IMG/VR virus record: IMGVR_UViG_3300037067_011710
From: an uncultured virus (IMG/VR IMGVR_UViG_3300037067_011710)
Lineage: Duplodnaviria > Heunggongvirae > Uroviricota > Caudoviricetes
Reading direction: 5' to 3' (one strand)
DNA length: 64,000 nt
Part shown: positions 36,996-46,270 of the stretch, piece after piece
Layout of the letters: each line of letters opens with the position of its first letter
How positions within the stretch are numbered: the stretch's first letter is position 1
Position numbers and translations under genes: made by a program
Notes under the pieces: generated by a model
Databases searched by the model: none
What the model was told of the DNA's origin: nothing
What the model saw: only the letters and a program-made list of their open reading frames with translations

Positions 36996-37355
36996 TCATA
37001 ATTGTCCCTCGTGAGTAAAATCTGGAAGCATATCATTGTCACAATTATAAAGATGTAAACAGTACGGATGAATATTTACATAATCTTTTTCATTTGGAAG
37101 AATCTGAATTGCTTTTTTGTTTCTTCCAATGAAAGTATTTTTTACTTCCTTTAAATCTTCCCACGTCGGTAATCGATCTGGTTTAGCACACGATACATGC
37201 AGCCACCATTTTCCGTCATGGTTCTCCATTCCACAAATAACCGACATACCATCGTTTCGCAAATATCGTTTCTGAATATTCATGTAATTATCTATAAAAC
37301 GATATCCCGACAATAAAATTGTAACCCTATCAGGTAATTTCCAATCTGCTATCAC
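36996..37355 (-). CDS. Conserved phage hypothetical protein
   Basis: WLHVSCA..RLPTWEDLKEVK..F...YVNIHPYCLHL. Confidence 0.75.
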   Translation of the reverse strand: MIADWKLPDRVTILLSGYRFIDNYMNIQKRYLRNDGMSVICGMENHDGKWWLHVSCAKPDRLPTWEDLKEVKNTFIGRNKKAIQILPNEKDYVNIHPYCLHLYNCDNDMLPDFTHEGQL

Positions 37356-38687
37356 TCAAAACCCCTTCGCTATATTTTTAAACTGTACCGTCGTTTTATC
37401 AAACATTACATTGGCTATACCTATCGGTCCATTCCTACTTTTATCAACTATCAGTTCGGCCATTCCCGACAGCTCCAGCTTGTCGTCATACAGTTCCGGT
37501 CGGTGCACAAAAATGATTGTTTCAGCATCCTGGTGCAGTGCTCCGGTTCCTCGGAGGTCAGCTGAGTTTGGTCTTCCGGTTTTCTTTTTCCGGTCCGGCT
37601 TATCGAGCTGGCACAGTAAAATAATAGGGATGTTGAATTCTTTTTTTGTTTTGAAAATCCACCCCGATATCTCACTCAACTCCGCGTACTCTTCACGCCT
37701 CTTATAATCCATCATGTGCAGGTGGTCTATAAAAAATATCTGACAGCCATACTTGCGAATCATTTGCCGGATCACGCTGCGGACCTTCATTATTCCCACT
37801 CTCGCCGTATCGTCTATCCATATCGGGAGTTCAGAGATTGTTGAGAAAGCTTTCTGAACCTCGGGTAAATCATGTCTTGCCGTGAATCCGTGCATCATTT
37901 TAAAAACAGATACGTTTGAAAACATTGAGTTTAGTCGATATCCCAGCTGTTTGCGCGTCATCTCAAGGCTTATTATTCCCACCTTTATCCCGGCCAGCGC
38001 CATATTGACTGACATAGTGAGCATCATTGCCGTTTTCCCATTGCCCGGCCTGCCGGCAAGTATGATATATTCCGACTCCGAAAAATAACCAACGAGTCCA
38101 TCAAGGTCAGCGAGTCCCGTCTTATATCCATATTCGCTATCCGGATCGTGACGTATCGACATATCATCTATGGTGTCACGTACCACATCAGTCATTGAAT
38201 AAATGGTGTTTCGTTGCAGATCGTTTTTTGACGAAATATCAAATATTTTACCCTCGGCGTAATCTATCAACTCATCCCTGTTTTTGCCCTCATAGCATTC
38301 GTTGGTTATTTCAGCGGATGACTTTATTAAACTTCGTGCAGTTTCTTTTTCGAGAAGAATTTCACAATAGTACTCCATATTCGCTGATGTCGCTACAGCC
38401 TCGGCTATTTCCCCAAGATACGGTTCCCCTCCAACATCCCCAATGCTTCCGTTTTTCCTCAGCGCTTCTGCTAGGGTAACAAGGTCAATGCTGATATTTT
38501 TTTCGAACATATCAGCTATGGTGGTAAAAACTGTTCGGTTGGCCGGGAGGTAAAAACTGTTCTCGGTTAGTTGTTCAACGGCTATGGATGTACAATCGCT
38601 GTCACTTATCATTGATCCAAGAACAGTGAGTTCTACATCAATAGCCTGGGGGGGTATCCGTTCGGTTGCGTAATCGAGCTGATTCAC
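37356..38687 (-). CDS. dnaB: Replicative DNA helicase DnaB
   Basis: PPQAIDVE, AGRPGNGKT, SLEM, IDHLH, DLRGTGALHQDA, KSRNGP. Confidence 0.95.
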   Translation of the reverse strand: MNQLDYATERIPPQAIDVELTVLGSMISDSDCTSIAVEQLTENSFYLPANRTVFTTIADMFEKNISIDLVTLAEALRKNGSIGDVGGEPYLGEIAEAVATSANMEYYCEILLEKETARSLIKSSAEITNECYEGKNRDELIDYAEGKIFDISSKNDLQRNTIYSMTDVVRDTIDDMSIRHDPDSEYGYKTGLADLDGLVGYFSESEYIILAGRPGNGKTAMMLTMSVNMALAGIKVGIISLEMTRKQLGYRLNSMFSNVSVFKMMHGFTARHDLPEVQKAFSTISELPIWIDDTARVGIMKVRSVIRQMIRKYGCQIFFIDHLHMMDYKRREEYAELSEISGWIFKTKKEFNIPIILLCQLDKPDRKKKTGRPNSADLRGTGALHQDAETIIFVHRPELYDDKLELSGMAELIVDKSRNGPIGIANVMFDKTTVQFKNIAKGF

Positions 38688-39142
38688 TTGTATTTTACTT
38701 CCAATTCTTCCATAGCTTCGATTACGGCCTGCTTTCTCATCGACTCCGGCTTACGGCATATCTGGTCATAGAGTCTCTTCCATGGTGCCAGCTCTTCGTC
38801 TGTAGGTGGATCTGAAGGCTCAGGTGGAAAATGAGGATAGTTCTGCCTTTCAGGGAACTCGGTTATGACTGAACACCATAGAGCTGACGGTATCGGGTAT
38901 TCGCTGCGTCGGCTATTGGTATATTCATCGGCAAGCTGCTCAAGAGCATAGGTGATCTTACCTGGTGCCGGTAATGTGCTATACTGATCGTGTTCAATGT
39001 GCCAATCAAAAGCCTTTTGCAACTCGTCAGGCTTCAATTTACCAAATATTTTAAACCATACACCGCACTGAAGTTGTGTCATTACAACACCATAAAACTC
39101 AAGAAACCAATTAATTTTTACATCAAATTCAATTCTTGTCAT
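38684..39142 (-). CDS. Putative helicase loader/inhibitor-like protein
   Basis: Position between initiator and DnaB; W...F...LQKAF...PAPGKI. Confidence 0.45.
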   Translation of the reverse strand: MTRIEFDVKINWFLEFYGVVMTQLQCGVWFKIFGKLKPDELQKAFDWHIEHDQYSTLPAPGKITYALEQLADEYTNSRRSEYPIPSALWCSVITEFPERQNYPHFPPEPSDPPTDEELAPWKRLYDQICRKPESMRKQAVIEAMEELEVKYK

Positions 39143-39948
39143 ATTATTCGTGATCCTCCTGGTGGAATATCTGTATGTTTTTTCCCGTTATTATTCATTC
39201 CAATATAGATTTTTCCTTCATTCCATCTCATTCGGCAGGTGTCCATTGAAAGGATATTATCGCGCCACGTAAAACCGTTCGGCCGGGGCGGCATGTCATG
39301 ACACTCATTTATTATTTTTTTAATATCCTCCAGTGCCCGTTCATCCCTCTGTACCATTAACCGAACAGTGTTGTCCCATTTAATAAGTGTCTCTTCAGTT
39401 ATCTTCTGCTGCCTCGTTTCTAATACACGCTTTTTTAGAAGATCAGAACATTCACGATATTCAGGGACTATCTCTTTTATTTGATCTTCTTTTGTTACTA
39501 GGTTATTTGTATTAGGATATATGGCGGAACTTTCTAAGGCAGGGCCTGCACTTTTTTGGGCAGGGACCGCTGCACTTTTTTGGGCAGGTGCTTCCATTTT
39601 AGTACCGCGGTCGTATTGTGGAAAAGAAACAAGGGCTTTTATTTTTTCTTCAATGAACCGGTAATAAGTCCTATTCCCCAACTCAATATATCGCTCCATT
39701 AATCCGTTTTGAACAAGCTTCGACATTATTCTTCCAACCATTTTACTGCTGCTTATTTCGCATATCGGAAGTTCGTCTATAAGCCACTCATAGGATATCC
39801 AGAAATACTCTTTGTCGTTCACCCGGATAGTTTTCATTTTACCGGTGTCGCGGAAATCCACGATACACCTGATTATTTGAACATCCACACAATCTATTTT
39901 GTTGAGAAGTAATTCGAGATGATTGAATCCGCAAATAGAGTGTTTCAT
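39139..39948 (-). CDS. Replication initiator protein (winged HTH)
   Basis: YFWISYEWLIDELP...; linker with repeated PAQKSA; C-terminal FTWRDNILS; upstream of dnaB. Confidence 0.7.
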   Translation of the reverse strand: MKHSICGFNHLELLLNKIDCVDVQIIRCIVDFRDTGKMKTIRVNDKEYFWISYEWLIDELPICEISSSKMVGRIMSKLVQNGLMERYIELGNRTYYRFIEEKIKALVSFPQYDRGTKMEAPAQKSAAVPAQKSAGPALESSAIYPNTNNLVTKEDQIKEIVPEYRECSDLLKKRVLETRQQKITEETLIKWDNTVRLMVQRDERALEDIKKIINECHDMPPRPNGFTWRDNILSMDTCRMRWNEGKIYIGMNNNGKKHTDIPPGGSRII

Positions 39949-40220
39949 TGCATTCTCTTTTCCCGTTCCCGTAGCATGGCAACAGCGATATCAAATGATT
40001 TTTTAGCAATTTCATCATTTCTGTAAAAGTGTCCGTCTTCACCATACTCTGTGAAATACAAATAAGATATCATACTTTTCATCGCTCTTGCTGCAAAATA
40101 GTCGAGTAATGTAACTCCAGGTTTTAACGGATCTGTAATAACAAACCCGAAATCAACCTTTAACTGCGGAAATACCGGTTGGTTGTTTGGTTTATCGGGC
40201 ATATCATTCTCCTTTCCCAT
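39945..40220 (-). CDS. Conserved phage hypothetical protein
   Basis: PVFP...GVTLLDYFAARAM...IAVAMLRERE. Confidence 0.75.
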   Translation of the reverse strand: MGKENDMPDKPNNQPVFPQLKVDFGFVITDPLKPGVTLLDYFAARAMKSMISYLYFTEYGEDGHFYRNDEIAKKSFDIAVAMLREREKRMQ

Positions 40221-40453
40221 TCCAGTAGCATAGCTTCTAGTCGCTTTGTTTTATTTTTTTCGTCCTCTAAAATATCGGTTAAAAATTTAATCTCGGAATT
40301 ATACCGTTGCTTTAATAGACTTATTTCGAAACTCTTAGCAAGCTCACCTATTTTTATACTCATTTCAAAATTATTCCTGAATAACTCACAACGATATGTA
40401 ACTTTTTTTTGAACCATTAATTCAATTTTTTTCTTTGATATAAAAAATGGCAT
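40160..40453 (-). CDS. Hypothetical protein
   Basis: 97-aa ORF. Confidence 0.5.
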   Translation of the reverse strand: MPFFISKKKIELMVQKKVTYRCELFRNNFEMSIKIGELAKSFEISLLKQRYNSEIKFLTDILEDEKNKTKRLEAMLLEWERRMICPINQTTNRYFRS

Positions 40454-40628
40454 TATTACTCCAAAATAAAAAAAACCCGCGCTCTGTTTCAGGCCAACTC
40501 ACCCGCCCGGACTCACACGGGCAAGGCAGTTTAAAACAAAACACGGGTATTAATTTCGTGTCTGTGAGTCATGTCAAATAGTGCTATCCGGGCCAACGGG
40601 TAGCACTGGTGATAAATATACTAGAAAA

Positions 40629-41388
40629 TCATTTCACTTGCAATGGAAATTCATGTCCGCATTTCGGGCATTTGATAAGGTTCTCAATTTTTTTCTGAAG
40701 CTGAATGTTTTCATTCCGGACCGCTTTGATCTCTTCATTCTTTTTTTCCTGAACAATCCTTGTCCGCTCTATAGCCGCTTTCCGGTCAGCTTCGGCCTTA
40801 CGTTGCGCCTCCTCAGCCTGTCGAGTTTTCAACTGTTCTTGCCGAACCTTTTCATCGGCCTCTCTGCGCAACCGGTCGGCCTCTATTTTTTCTGCACGTA
40901 GCTTCTCATTCTCAAGCCTTATCCTTTCACGTTCTGCGCTGTCTGTGGCTTCCTTGGCGATACGATAGGACTCTGCCTTGGCTTCCGCTACCTTACGGTC
41001 GCGTTCAGCCTGCTCTGCGGCTTCTTTGGCGGCCTTAAGCTCAACGAAGTGTTCCTGCTGATCGAGATATTCCTCGATTGGTTCAATGAGCCCTTTGAGT
41101 GTATTCGCAATTAGGTAGGTCGATCGCTTTACCTTCCCGGAGCGACGATTCTTTCATTTCTTTGCGCGTCTTCTCGATGGCAATACGCTTCTCTCGTAGA
41201 AACAACCGGCCAACCCTCGCCATTTTCATGTCCGCAGTCTGGTTGGCATCGGTGACTTCAATAGCACACGCCTTCTCTTCCCATTCTTTGGCGATTTTAA
41301 AAGCTTCACCGAACTTCTCCGTCATCAGATTCTTTTGAATCTGGCTGAGTCCGCTTTTTTCGATCAATACCACCAAATCAGTTCCCAT
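40629..41388 (-). pseudogene. Coiled-coil phage protein split by a 4-bp duplication
   Basis: CCTACCTA at 41112-41119; removing one CCTA joins ...GKAID to LIANTLKGLIEPIEEYL... and reads open to the stop at 40629. Confidence 0.75.
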
Positions 41389-41617
41389 TCTTTAACTCCA
41401 TTTCAAACGTTCTTAACATGATACAACGGCCATTATCAAATAATATCTTATTGTGAATAGCCATCTTTTTTTCTTCTTCACTCCAAAGTTCATATATTGG
41501 ACATCGAGCGGCCATTAAATAACACTTTGAACACGAATACTCAATGTGCTGTGTCTTCATTTGACTTATAAAAATTTCCTGATATTTTTCTTCCAGTAAA
41601 TTCTCTCCGGAATACAA
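41378..41617 (-). CDS. Cys-rich hypothetical protein
   Basis: 79-aa ORF. Confidence 0.45.
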   Translation of the reverse strand: MYSGENLLEEKYQEIFISQMKTQHIEYSCSKCYLMAARCPIYELWSEEEKKMAIHNKILFDNGRCIMLRTFEMELKNGN

Positions 41618-42222
41618 TGATCAGTTACGCTTTTAATCCAATCCTTGTGCGGTGGAACCGCTCCCTTTCCGGTCTGTGCTCCGACGATAACCGGATCAAC
41701 CTTGAACGGTATCTGAATCCGGATGCTTCCGAGTAGTGGCTCGATTGAAAAGAACGTCCGTGGGAGATCCATAGAGTACAGTATTTTGTATCTCTGACGC
41801 TCCAAGTCCTCGGCTCCGGTAATGGTGATACCCTGCCGGGTGTTATCGGGCCACTCGAATCCTTGGTACGAAAGCGGCTCTTTGGTGAGAAACATAAAAA
41901 TGTGCTGTGGATACTGCGCCAGAATACCAAGCGTATAATTCATATACTTCCTTGAGCAGTATTCAATGTCGGTGTATGGGCCAATAAAAAACGTAGATGG
42001 CTTTTTTATCTTCTTCAGTCGATTAAGCTGCTCAGGAAGTTCAGTTACAACATTGAAATTGTTGCCTCCGTACAGATGTCTTACTCTGGGCCATACACGA
42101 TTACGAACCCAGCAGTAGGAACAATTTCTTTGGCAACCAACTTGCTGATGAATCGTATAGTCAAGTCCAGGCCAATCAATTGATGTCTTCATACCCTTGA
42201 GACTCTTTCGCACGGTCCGCAT
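41566..42222 (-). CDS. DUF5131/Gp37Gp68-like radical-SAM-related protein
   Basis: KTSIDW, GCQRNCSYCW, HIFMFLTK, FSIEPLLG, IVGAQTG. Confidence 0.8.
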   Translation of the reverse strand: MRTVRKSLKGMKTSIDWPGLDYTIHQQVGCQRNCSYCWVRNRVWPRVRHLYGGNNFNVVTELPEQLNRLKKIKKPSTFFIGPYTDIEYCSRKYMNYTLGILAQYPQHIFMFLTKEPLSYQGFEWPDNTRQGITITGAEDLERQRYKILYSMDLPRTFFSIEPLLGSIRIQIPFKVDPVIVGAQTGKGAVPPHKDWIKSVTDHCIPERIYWKKNIRKFL

Positions 42223-42536
42223 AAAGAAGTTTTGGTTATCGTCCTATCAGGAAGATTACTTTCGGGGTTAAATAGTATGACTCTATGCCTGGTTTTGTGG
42301 CATTGTGGACACCAGTATTCTATAATTACTTTTCTTGTCTGGTGGTTGTACACTCTCATTAACTGCTCATCATGTACCTTTCTAATTTTTTCTTCGCACC
42401 AGTGATCAACGCAGTCTGTTATATCCTCATGGCAATAGTGACATATCTCCTTTTTCTTCGGTTTGTTAACGAATACGATCATTACAATTGATACAACTGC
42501 CAGAAAGACAAACCATGGTATAAATGTTCCTTCCAT
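42189..42536 (-). CDS. Membrane-anchored Cys-rich hypothetical protein
   Basis: N-terminal TM segment; CxxC pairs. Confidence 0.55.
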   Translation of the reverse strand: MEGTFIPWFVFLAVVSIVMIVFVNKPKKKEICHYCHEDITDCVDHWCEEKIRKVHDEQLMRVYNHQTRKVIIEYWCPQCHKTRHRVILFNPESNLPDRTITKTSLCGPCERVSRV

Positions 42537-42537
42537 A

Positions 42538-42972
42538 TCATCCTCCGTACTTTAAAATAAAATCATCATATCCCATATCGTCGGGCCAAGGTAGATAATA
42601 CCCCTGCTCAAGCGCATCTTGGTGAACAAGATCAACAAAATCTTTGAATTCTCCAGTAGTAAGTTCGGATGTTCCGGTTACCGTTTCTATTTCTTTTCCA
42701 AAGCAGATATCGTGATAAACGGTAAGGAACTTTTTTTTGAAATATTCCTTCCATACTGCTGCGCTTGTTCCTGTCTCATCTTCAAGGCACTTAAACCATA
42801 GGTGAATTAATTTGTTCTGAGAAAGACTTCTTTTCTTCTTGACAGGTTCGAAAACGGCGGTAAACGGTTTAGAAATATCAATCTGTTTTATCAGATCAAT
42901 AAACCTATCCCGATCACCGCTGTTTCGAACTATTAACTTCATTTCGGCATTACCGTCTTGAGTACCGGCCAT
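42538..42972 (-). CDS. NinB/Orf-like recombination accessory protein
   Basis: KRSLSQNKLIHLW...TSELTTGEF..F. Confidence 0.75.
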   Translation of the reverse strand: MAGTQDGNAEMKLIVRNSGDRDRFIDLIKQIDISKPFTAVFEPVKKKRSLSQNKLIHLWFKCLEDETGTSAAVWKEYFKKKFLTVYHDICFGKEIETVTGTSELTTGEFKDFVDLVHQDALEQGYYLPWPDDMGYDDFILKYGG

Positions 42973-43325
42973 TCACCGGGTTCAAATACCCATTTCACCC
43001 CGTTATGAATAATACAGTGCTCTTCGTTCAGAGGTCCCGACTTGAAAGCAGCAAGAGCCATCCTGCATAACCACGCATGTAGCCCTTCGCCGTTGTGCTT
43101 GGTTCCGGTCCACAATCCGAGCAGCCGGTTACTGGCCGAATCAATTGCGTGTCCGGAAACGTCAATCTCCGGGGTAACAGTTCCACGCCGGTCGAGTTCG
43201 GCTCTGGCAATGTCGGACTTTGAGTGATTTGACTGCACCATCCATTTGAGGTATGGCACAGGTACTCTCGTATAGAGAGTACCGATATGCTTACCGAAAT
43301 CGACAACGAGATTATGGCTATTCAC
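42939..43325 (-). CDS. Hypothetical protein with DUF3820-like N-terminus
   Basis: FGKHIG...VPVPYLKWM. Confidence 0.65.
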   Translation of the reverse strand: MNSHNLVVDFGKHIGTLYTRVPVPYLKWMVQSNHSKSDIARAELDRRGTVTPEIDVSGHAIDSASNRLLGLWTGTKHNGEGLHAWLCRMALAAFKSGPLNEEHCIIHNGVKWVFEPGEWPVLKTVMPK

Positions 43326-43663
43326 CAGCTGCCTCCACTCTGGTCAACATTTTCACTTCCTGCCGCATTGTCAGCTTTAAACTTCGTCACTCCGACTTTG
43401 AATGCCAGCATGTAGTGATAGTGCTTTCCGTCGTTTTCGTCATGGCAGTACTCTCCGGCACACATTACCCTGTCTCCTTTGCGAACCTGCTTGCATGTTT
43501 CAACAGCTCCGCCGATGGCCTTCACGTTCACCCATGTAGTGGGCCAATCGTCGCCTTTGTTCTTGGGAGGCTTTGACACGGCCACCGAAAACCGTGCCAT
43601 CGTTCCCTTGTCATTCATTTCTGGATCTCGCCCTACATTGCCTTCAATACACCAATTGTTCAC
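43322..43663 (-). CDS. ssb: Single-stranded DNA-binding protein
   Basis: MNNWCIEGNVGRDPE...FSVAV...TTWVNV...KGDRV. Confidence 0.88.
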   Translation of the reverse strand: MNNWCIEGNVGRDPEMNDKGTMARFSVAVSKPPKNKGDDWPTTWVNVKAIGGAVETCKQVRKGDRVMCAGEYCHDENDGKHYHYMLAFKVGVTKFKADNAAGSENVDQSGGSW

Positions 43664-43709
43664 AATTCCTCCTTTTTAGTTTCAATCCAAGCGTCCGTAA
43701 AGAGCACGA

Positions 43710-44624
43710 CTAGAAACATTCGCCCGGATCAATCAGTTCCGTATGATTATAAATTACATCTACGATTGCGTTTTGCTGCTCCTCGGATAGACCTTGGGCA
43801 GAATCGGCCTTATATTCTTCCATCAACCATTTTCGCCAATTATCAACCTTTATTTTTTTCAGCTTGATGCCGATAACGATGCGGTCATAGGCTGTCTTTC
43901 CCACCAATTTGTTTTCATCGGGTAGCGGTGGAGCTTTAAATCCGTCCGGATTCTGCTGTTCGTTTGGGTCCCACGGTAGATCATCAGTTGCAGGAGTTAC
44001 TCCTACCGGAAGTGCCGACGTTACCGGTGTGGCCGTCTTCTGGGGCTGCTGCGGGGCTGTCGCCCTACGGGGGTTGCCCCGGGTCGGTCGCGGTCCCGGC
44101 TGGCTTGCAGGGGCTGGTTGCTGCGCCGGAGCGAGTGGCTGCTGGGCTGGTCTCCCGGTTGCTGGAGGTCGGCGGTCGGCGGGTAGTCGCTGGTCCATAT
44201 CGTTTCCGTTACCGGCACTTCCGTCGTCGTCATCTTCAGTAGAAATCCCCAAAATAGCAGAAATAGAATATCTCTTGCCATAGGTTATTGTGCTTCCAAT
44301 GGATTGAATTTTTACATCCGCAGGTTTCATCTTGAGAGTTTCTTTGATAAACTGGCCACTCGTGTGAAACAACATAGTCTGCACAATAACCTCGCCTTGA
44401 TCAACGGATGGAAATTGAGATATTGCCAATCCGCTTTCAGATAACGGCTTTCTGATAGCTTCGAATATTGCTCCAAGGTCAGCGTATCGATAACTTTTAT
44501 CTATCCACTTACCGTTTTTTTCAAAGACTATTTTTGCCTCTTTATTCATAACGACCGGAGAAACTGCACCCTGAAATTTTACTAGAGCCGTAATCAACTC
44601 GTTAATCTGTTCACTCTTTTCCAT
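43710..44624 (-). CDS. erf: ERF-family single-strand annealing protein
   Basis: SEQINELITALVKFQ, YRYADL, HTSGQ, IGSTITYGKRYS...EDDDG; start reassigned to MEKSEQ. Confidence 0.88.
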   Translation of the reverse strand: MEKSEQINELITALVKFQGAVSPVVMNKEAKIVFEKNGKWIDKSYRYADLGAIFEAIRKPLSESGLAISQFPSVDQGEVIVQTMLFHTSGQFIKETLKMKPADVKIQSIGSTITYGKRYSISAILGISTEDDDDGSAGNGNDMDQRLPADRRPPATGRPAQQPLAPAQQPAPASQPGPRPTRGNPRRATAPQQPQKTATPVTSALPVGVTPATDDLPWDPNEQQNPDGFKAPPLPDENKLVGKTAYDRIVIGIKLKKIKVDNWRKWLMEEYKADSAQGLSEEQQNAIVDVIYNHTELIDPGECF

Positions 44625-44760
44625 ACCATTTTCTTTTCTATGCCGGGATCGGCTACTCATTATTAAACCGGGAATGGGGATTGTTTGTATGGTAGCCATC
44701 TCTGGACCTATCTCATACAGCGAATCCCCTTGTATTATCTCCCGGCTGATCCGGTCGGTG

Positions 44761-45447
44761 TTATTTACCCCACTTATCGAATTTCATCAGACGCGCTCTC
44801 GAATCATACGTTTTTCGAAGATCAAGAAAGAGTTCTCTGGCAGCGCTGGCCTCCTCCTGCAATACTGGAACTTCCTCGAAACCTTCCACGTCGTTACGGC
44901 CAACACGAGTGATAATTATCTTATCGATGTTGTGGCCGTGTTCTCTGGCGAGAATTCCATATCCGCCAGCAACCTGTACTTTATGCTCCATGAAAATGCC
45001 CTTACAGGTTTTTATGTCAACAAGAACGGTTTTCCCTTTGATGGTACCGATAATATCGATAGTGCCTCCAAATCGATGCTGCTCACTGACAAGTTGCAAC
45101 TCGTTGTGAGTCGGCACAAACCCTTCTTTATCCTGCCAGAGCATCCATTTAATATATGAATTCTCTGCAAGCTCAATCTGGTTTTTGGTGTAGTCGTCGA
45201 GGTTGGGTTTTTCATTTTTACAATGGCACTCAATCATGTAGTGTGCCAGAGTCCCGATAGTCGCCAACTCATCGACGTACTTGGTCGAATCGATACCTTT
45301 CAGGCCCAACCCGTTCGCCCACTTCACAAGCGCAGGCTTGTCGAGGATTCCGGTGATTGTAGTGGTTCCCGGCACCCTGGTTCCATCCGCCAACTTGTAG
45401 ACGGTATGAGTTTTTGCCACTTTCGCAGCCTGTTCGTGTTCGGTCAT
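44761..45447 (-). CDS. PD-(D/E)XK exonuclease
   Basis: VPGTTTI, IGTLAHYMIE, FGGTIDII...VDIKT, QVAGGY. Confidence 0.85.
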   Translation of the reverse strand: MTEHEQAAKVAKTHTVYKLADGTRVPGTTTITGILDKPALVKWANGLGLKGIDSTKYVDELATIGTLAHYMIECHCKNEKPNLDDYTKNQIELAENSYIKWMLWQDKEGFVPTHNELQLVSEQHRFGGTIDIIGTIKGKTVLVDIKTCKGIFMEHKVQVAGGYGILAREHGHNIDKIIITRVGRNDVEGFEEVPVLQEEASAARELFLDLRKTYDSRARLMKFDKWGK

Positions 45448-45614
45448 TCTGCACTTCCTTCCGTTGATGTTTATTTTCCAACCCTCTCAGGTAATGGATA
45501 TACTGAGCCATTGCCAGAGCATTATAATACTCCTCGTGCTCTTTGGATATAATACCCACTACCAACAACTGGTTATTTACCTGTAAAAATAGAAGTAGAT
45601 TTCTGAGTGACATA

Positions 45615-45806
45615 TCAGCACTTGTGATGCTTGTCTTTCACCGCCGTTGACTCATAGCATTCAGGGCAATGGTACTTCTCGTAAAACTTGAGAAGTTCCT
45701 CCATGAATCCCTGCTTTGTCATATTGGGTTCCATTTGCTTTAAGGCATTAAACCTTTCAGCAATATCCAACCGAACATTTAGCGATGTAAAACCTTTACC
45801 CGGCAC
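45615..45806 (-). CDS. Small ribbon-helix-helix-like regulator
   Basis: FTSLNVRLDIAERFNALK...; AAGGAG SD; first protein gene of the early operon. Confidence 0.55.
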   Translation of the reverse strand: MPGKGFTSLNVRLDIAERFNALKQMEPNMTKQGFMEELLKFYEKYHCPECYESTAVKDKHHKC

Positions 45807-45825
45807 TTTATCTCCTTATTGAAAA

Positions 45826-45948
45826 GGTCACGGGGTAGGGATTCAAACCCTACAGTTTCCGGGTCGCTCGTCAGCAACCTTGAGAGAATGCCCGTCGGAC
45901 TCTCTTCCGGTTTGATATCCGGTCCCTTACTCTCTTGGATACACCGTG
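45826..45948 (-). ncRNA. tRNA-like RNA with expanded anticodon arm
   Basis: Acceptor CACGGTG/CCCCGTG-ACC; D-arm TATCCAAG..GTAAGGGA; T-arm TAGGG-TTTGAAT-CCCTA; about 60-nt multi-hairpin insert. Confidence 0.6.
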
Positions 45949-45956
45949 TTGTTTTA

Positions 45957-46120
45957 ATTGTTTTGCGAGAGGCCGGACATCACTCCGGAACTCTCTCCCG
46001 CATTCTTCCGCCTCTCGTTGCCGTTGGGCGAATCATTTCACCTGTGGTATGGTCGCGGTATTGAACTGTGATTTTTCGAACGGCGATGTATTCCGAACGA
46101 TTAACCCCTCGCAAAACAAT
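45957..46120 (-). ncRNA. Second structured, tRNA-like RNA
   Basis: 13-bp closing inverted repeat ATTGTTTTGCGAG; CCGGA-GTGATG-TCCGG hairpin stacked before the 3' strand. Confidence 0.45.
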
Positions 46121-46140
46121 CAATCAAAGAACGTACTGTA

Positions 46141-46169
46141 AATATACGGTAGTTTAAAGTTGTTGTCAA
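46141..46169 (-). promoter_or_regulatory. Consensus sigma70 early promoter
   Basis: TTGACA-17 nt-TATATT with AT-rich upstream sequence. Confidence 0.85.
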
Positions 46170-46196
46170 TAGTTAAATAAAATTATTTTTGGAAAT

Positions 46197-46226
46197 AAAA
46201 AAGCCCCGGCTTTGAGGGTCCGGGGC
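46197..46226 (-). terminator. Intrinsic terminator ending the virion operon
   Basis: GCCCCGG-ACCCTCAAAG-CCGGGGC-TTTTTT. Confidence 0.85.
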
Positions 46227-46270
46227 ACATCAACGGATCGGTCAACAAGAAAGGATGGTTTTAATATACT

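Noticed and set aside
39545..39590. Short direct repeat TGCACTTTTTTGGGCAGG (x2) in the initiator gene as an origin iteron
   Set aside because: Only two copies. Plausible, but too weak to call an origin.
45826..45948. Calling this a selenocysteine or opal-suppressor tRNA
   Set aside because: The TCA sits in an 8-nt loop without U33 on a 4-bp stem, the acceptor stem is not tRNA-Sec-like, and no in-frame TGA genes were seen.
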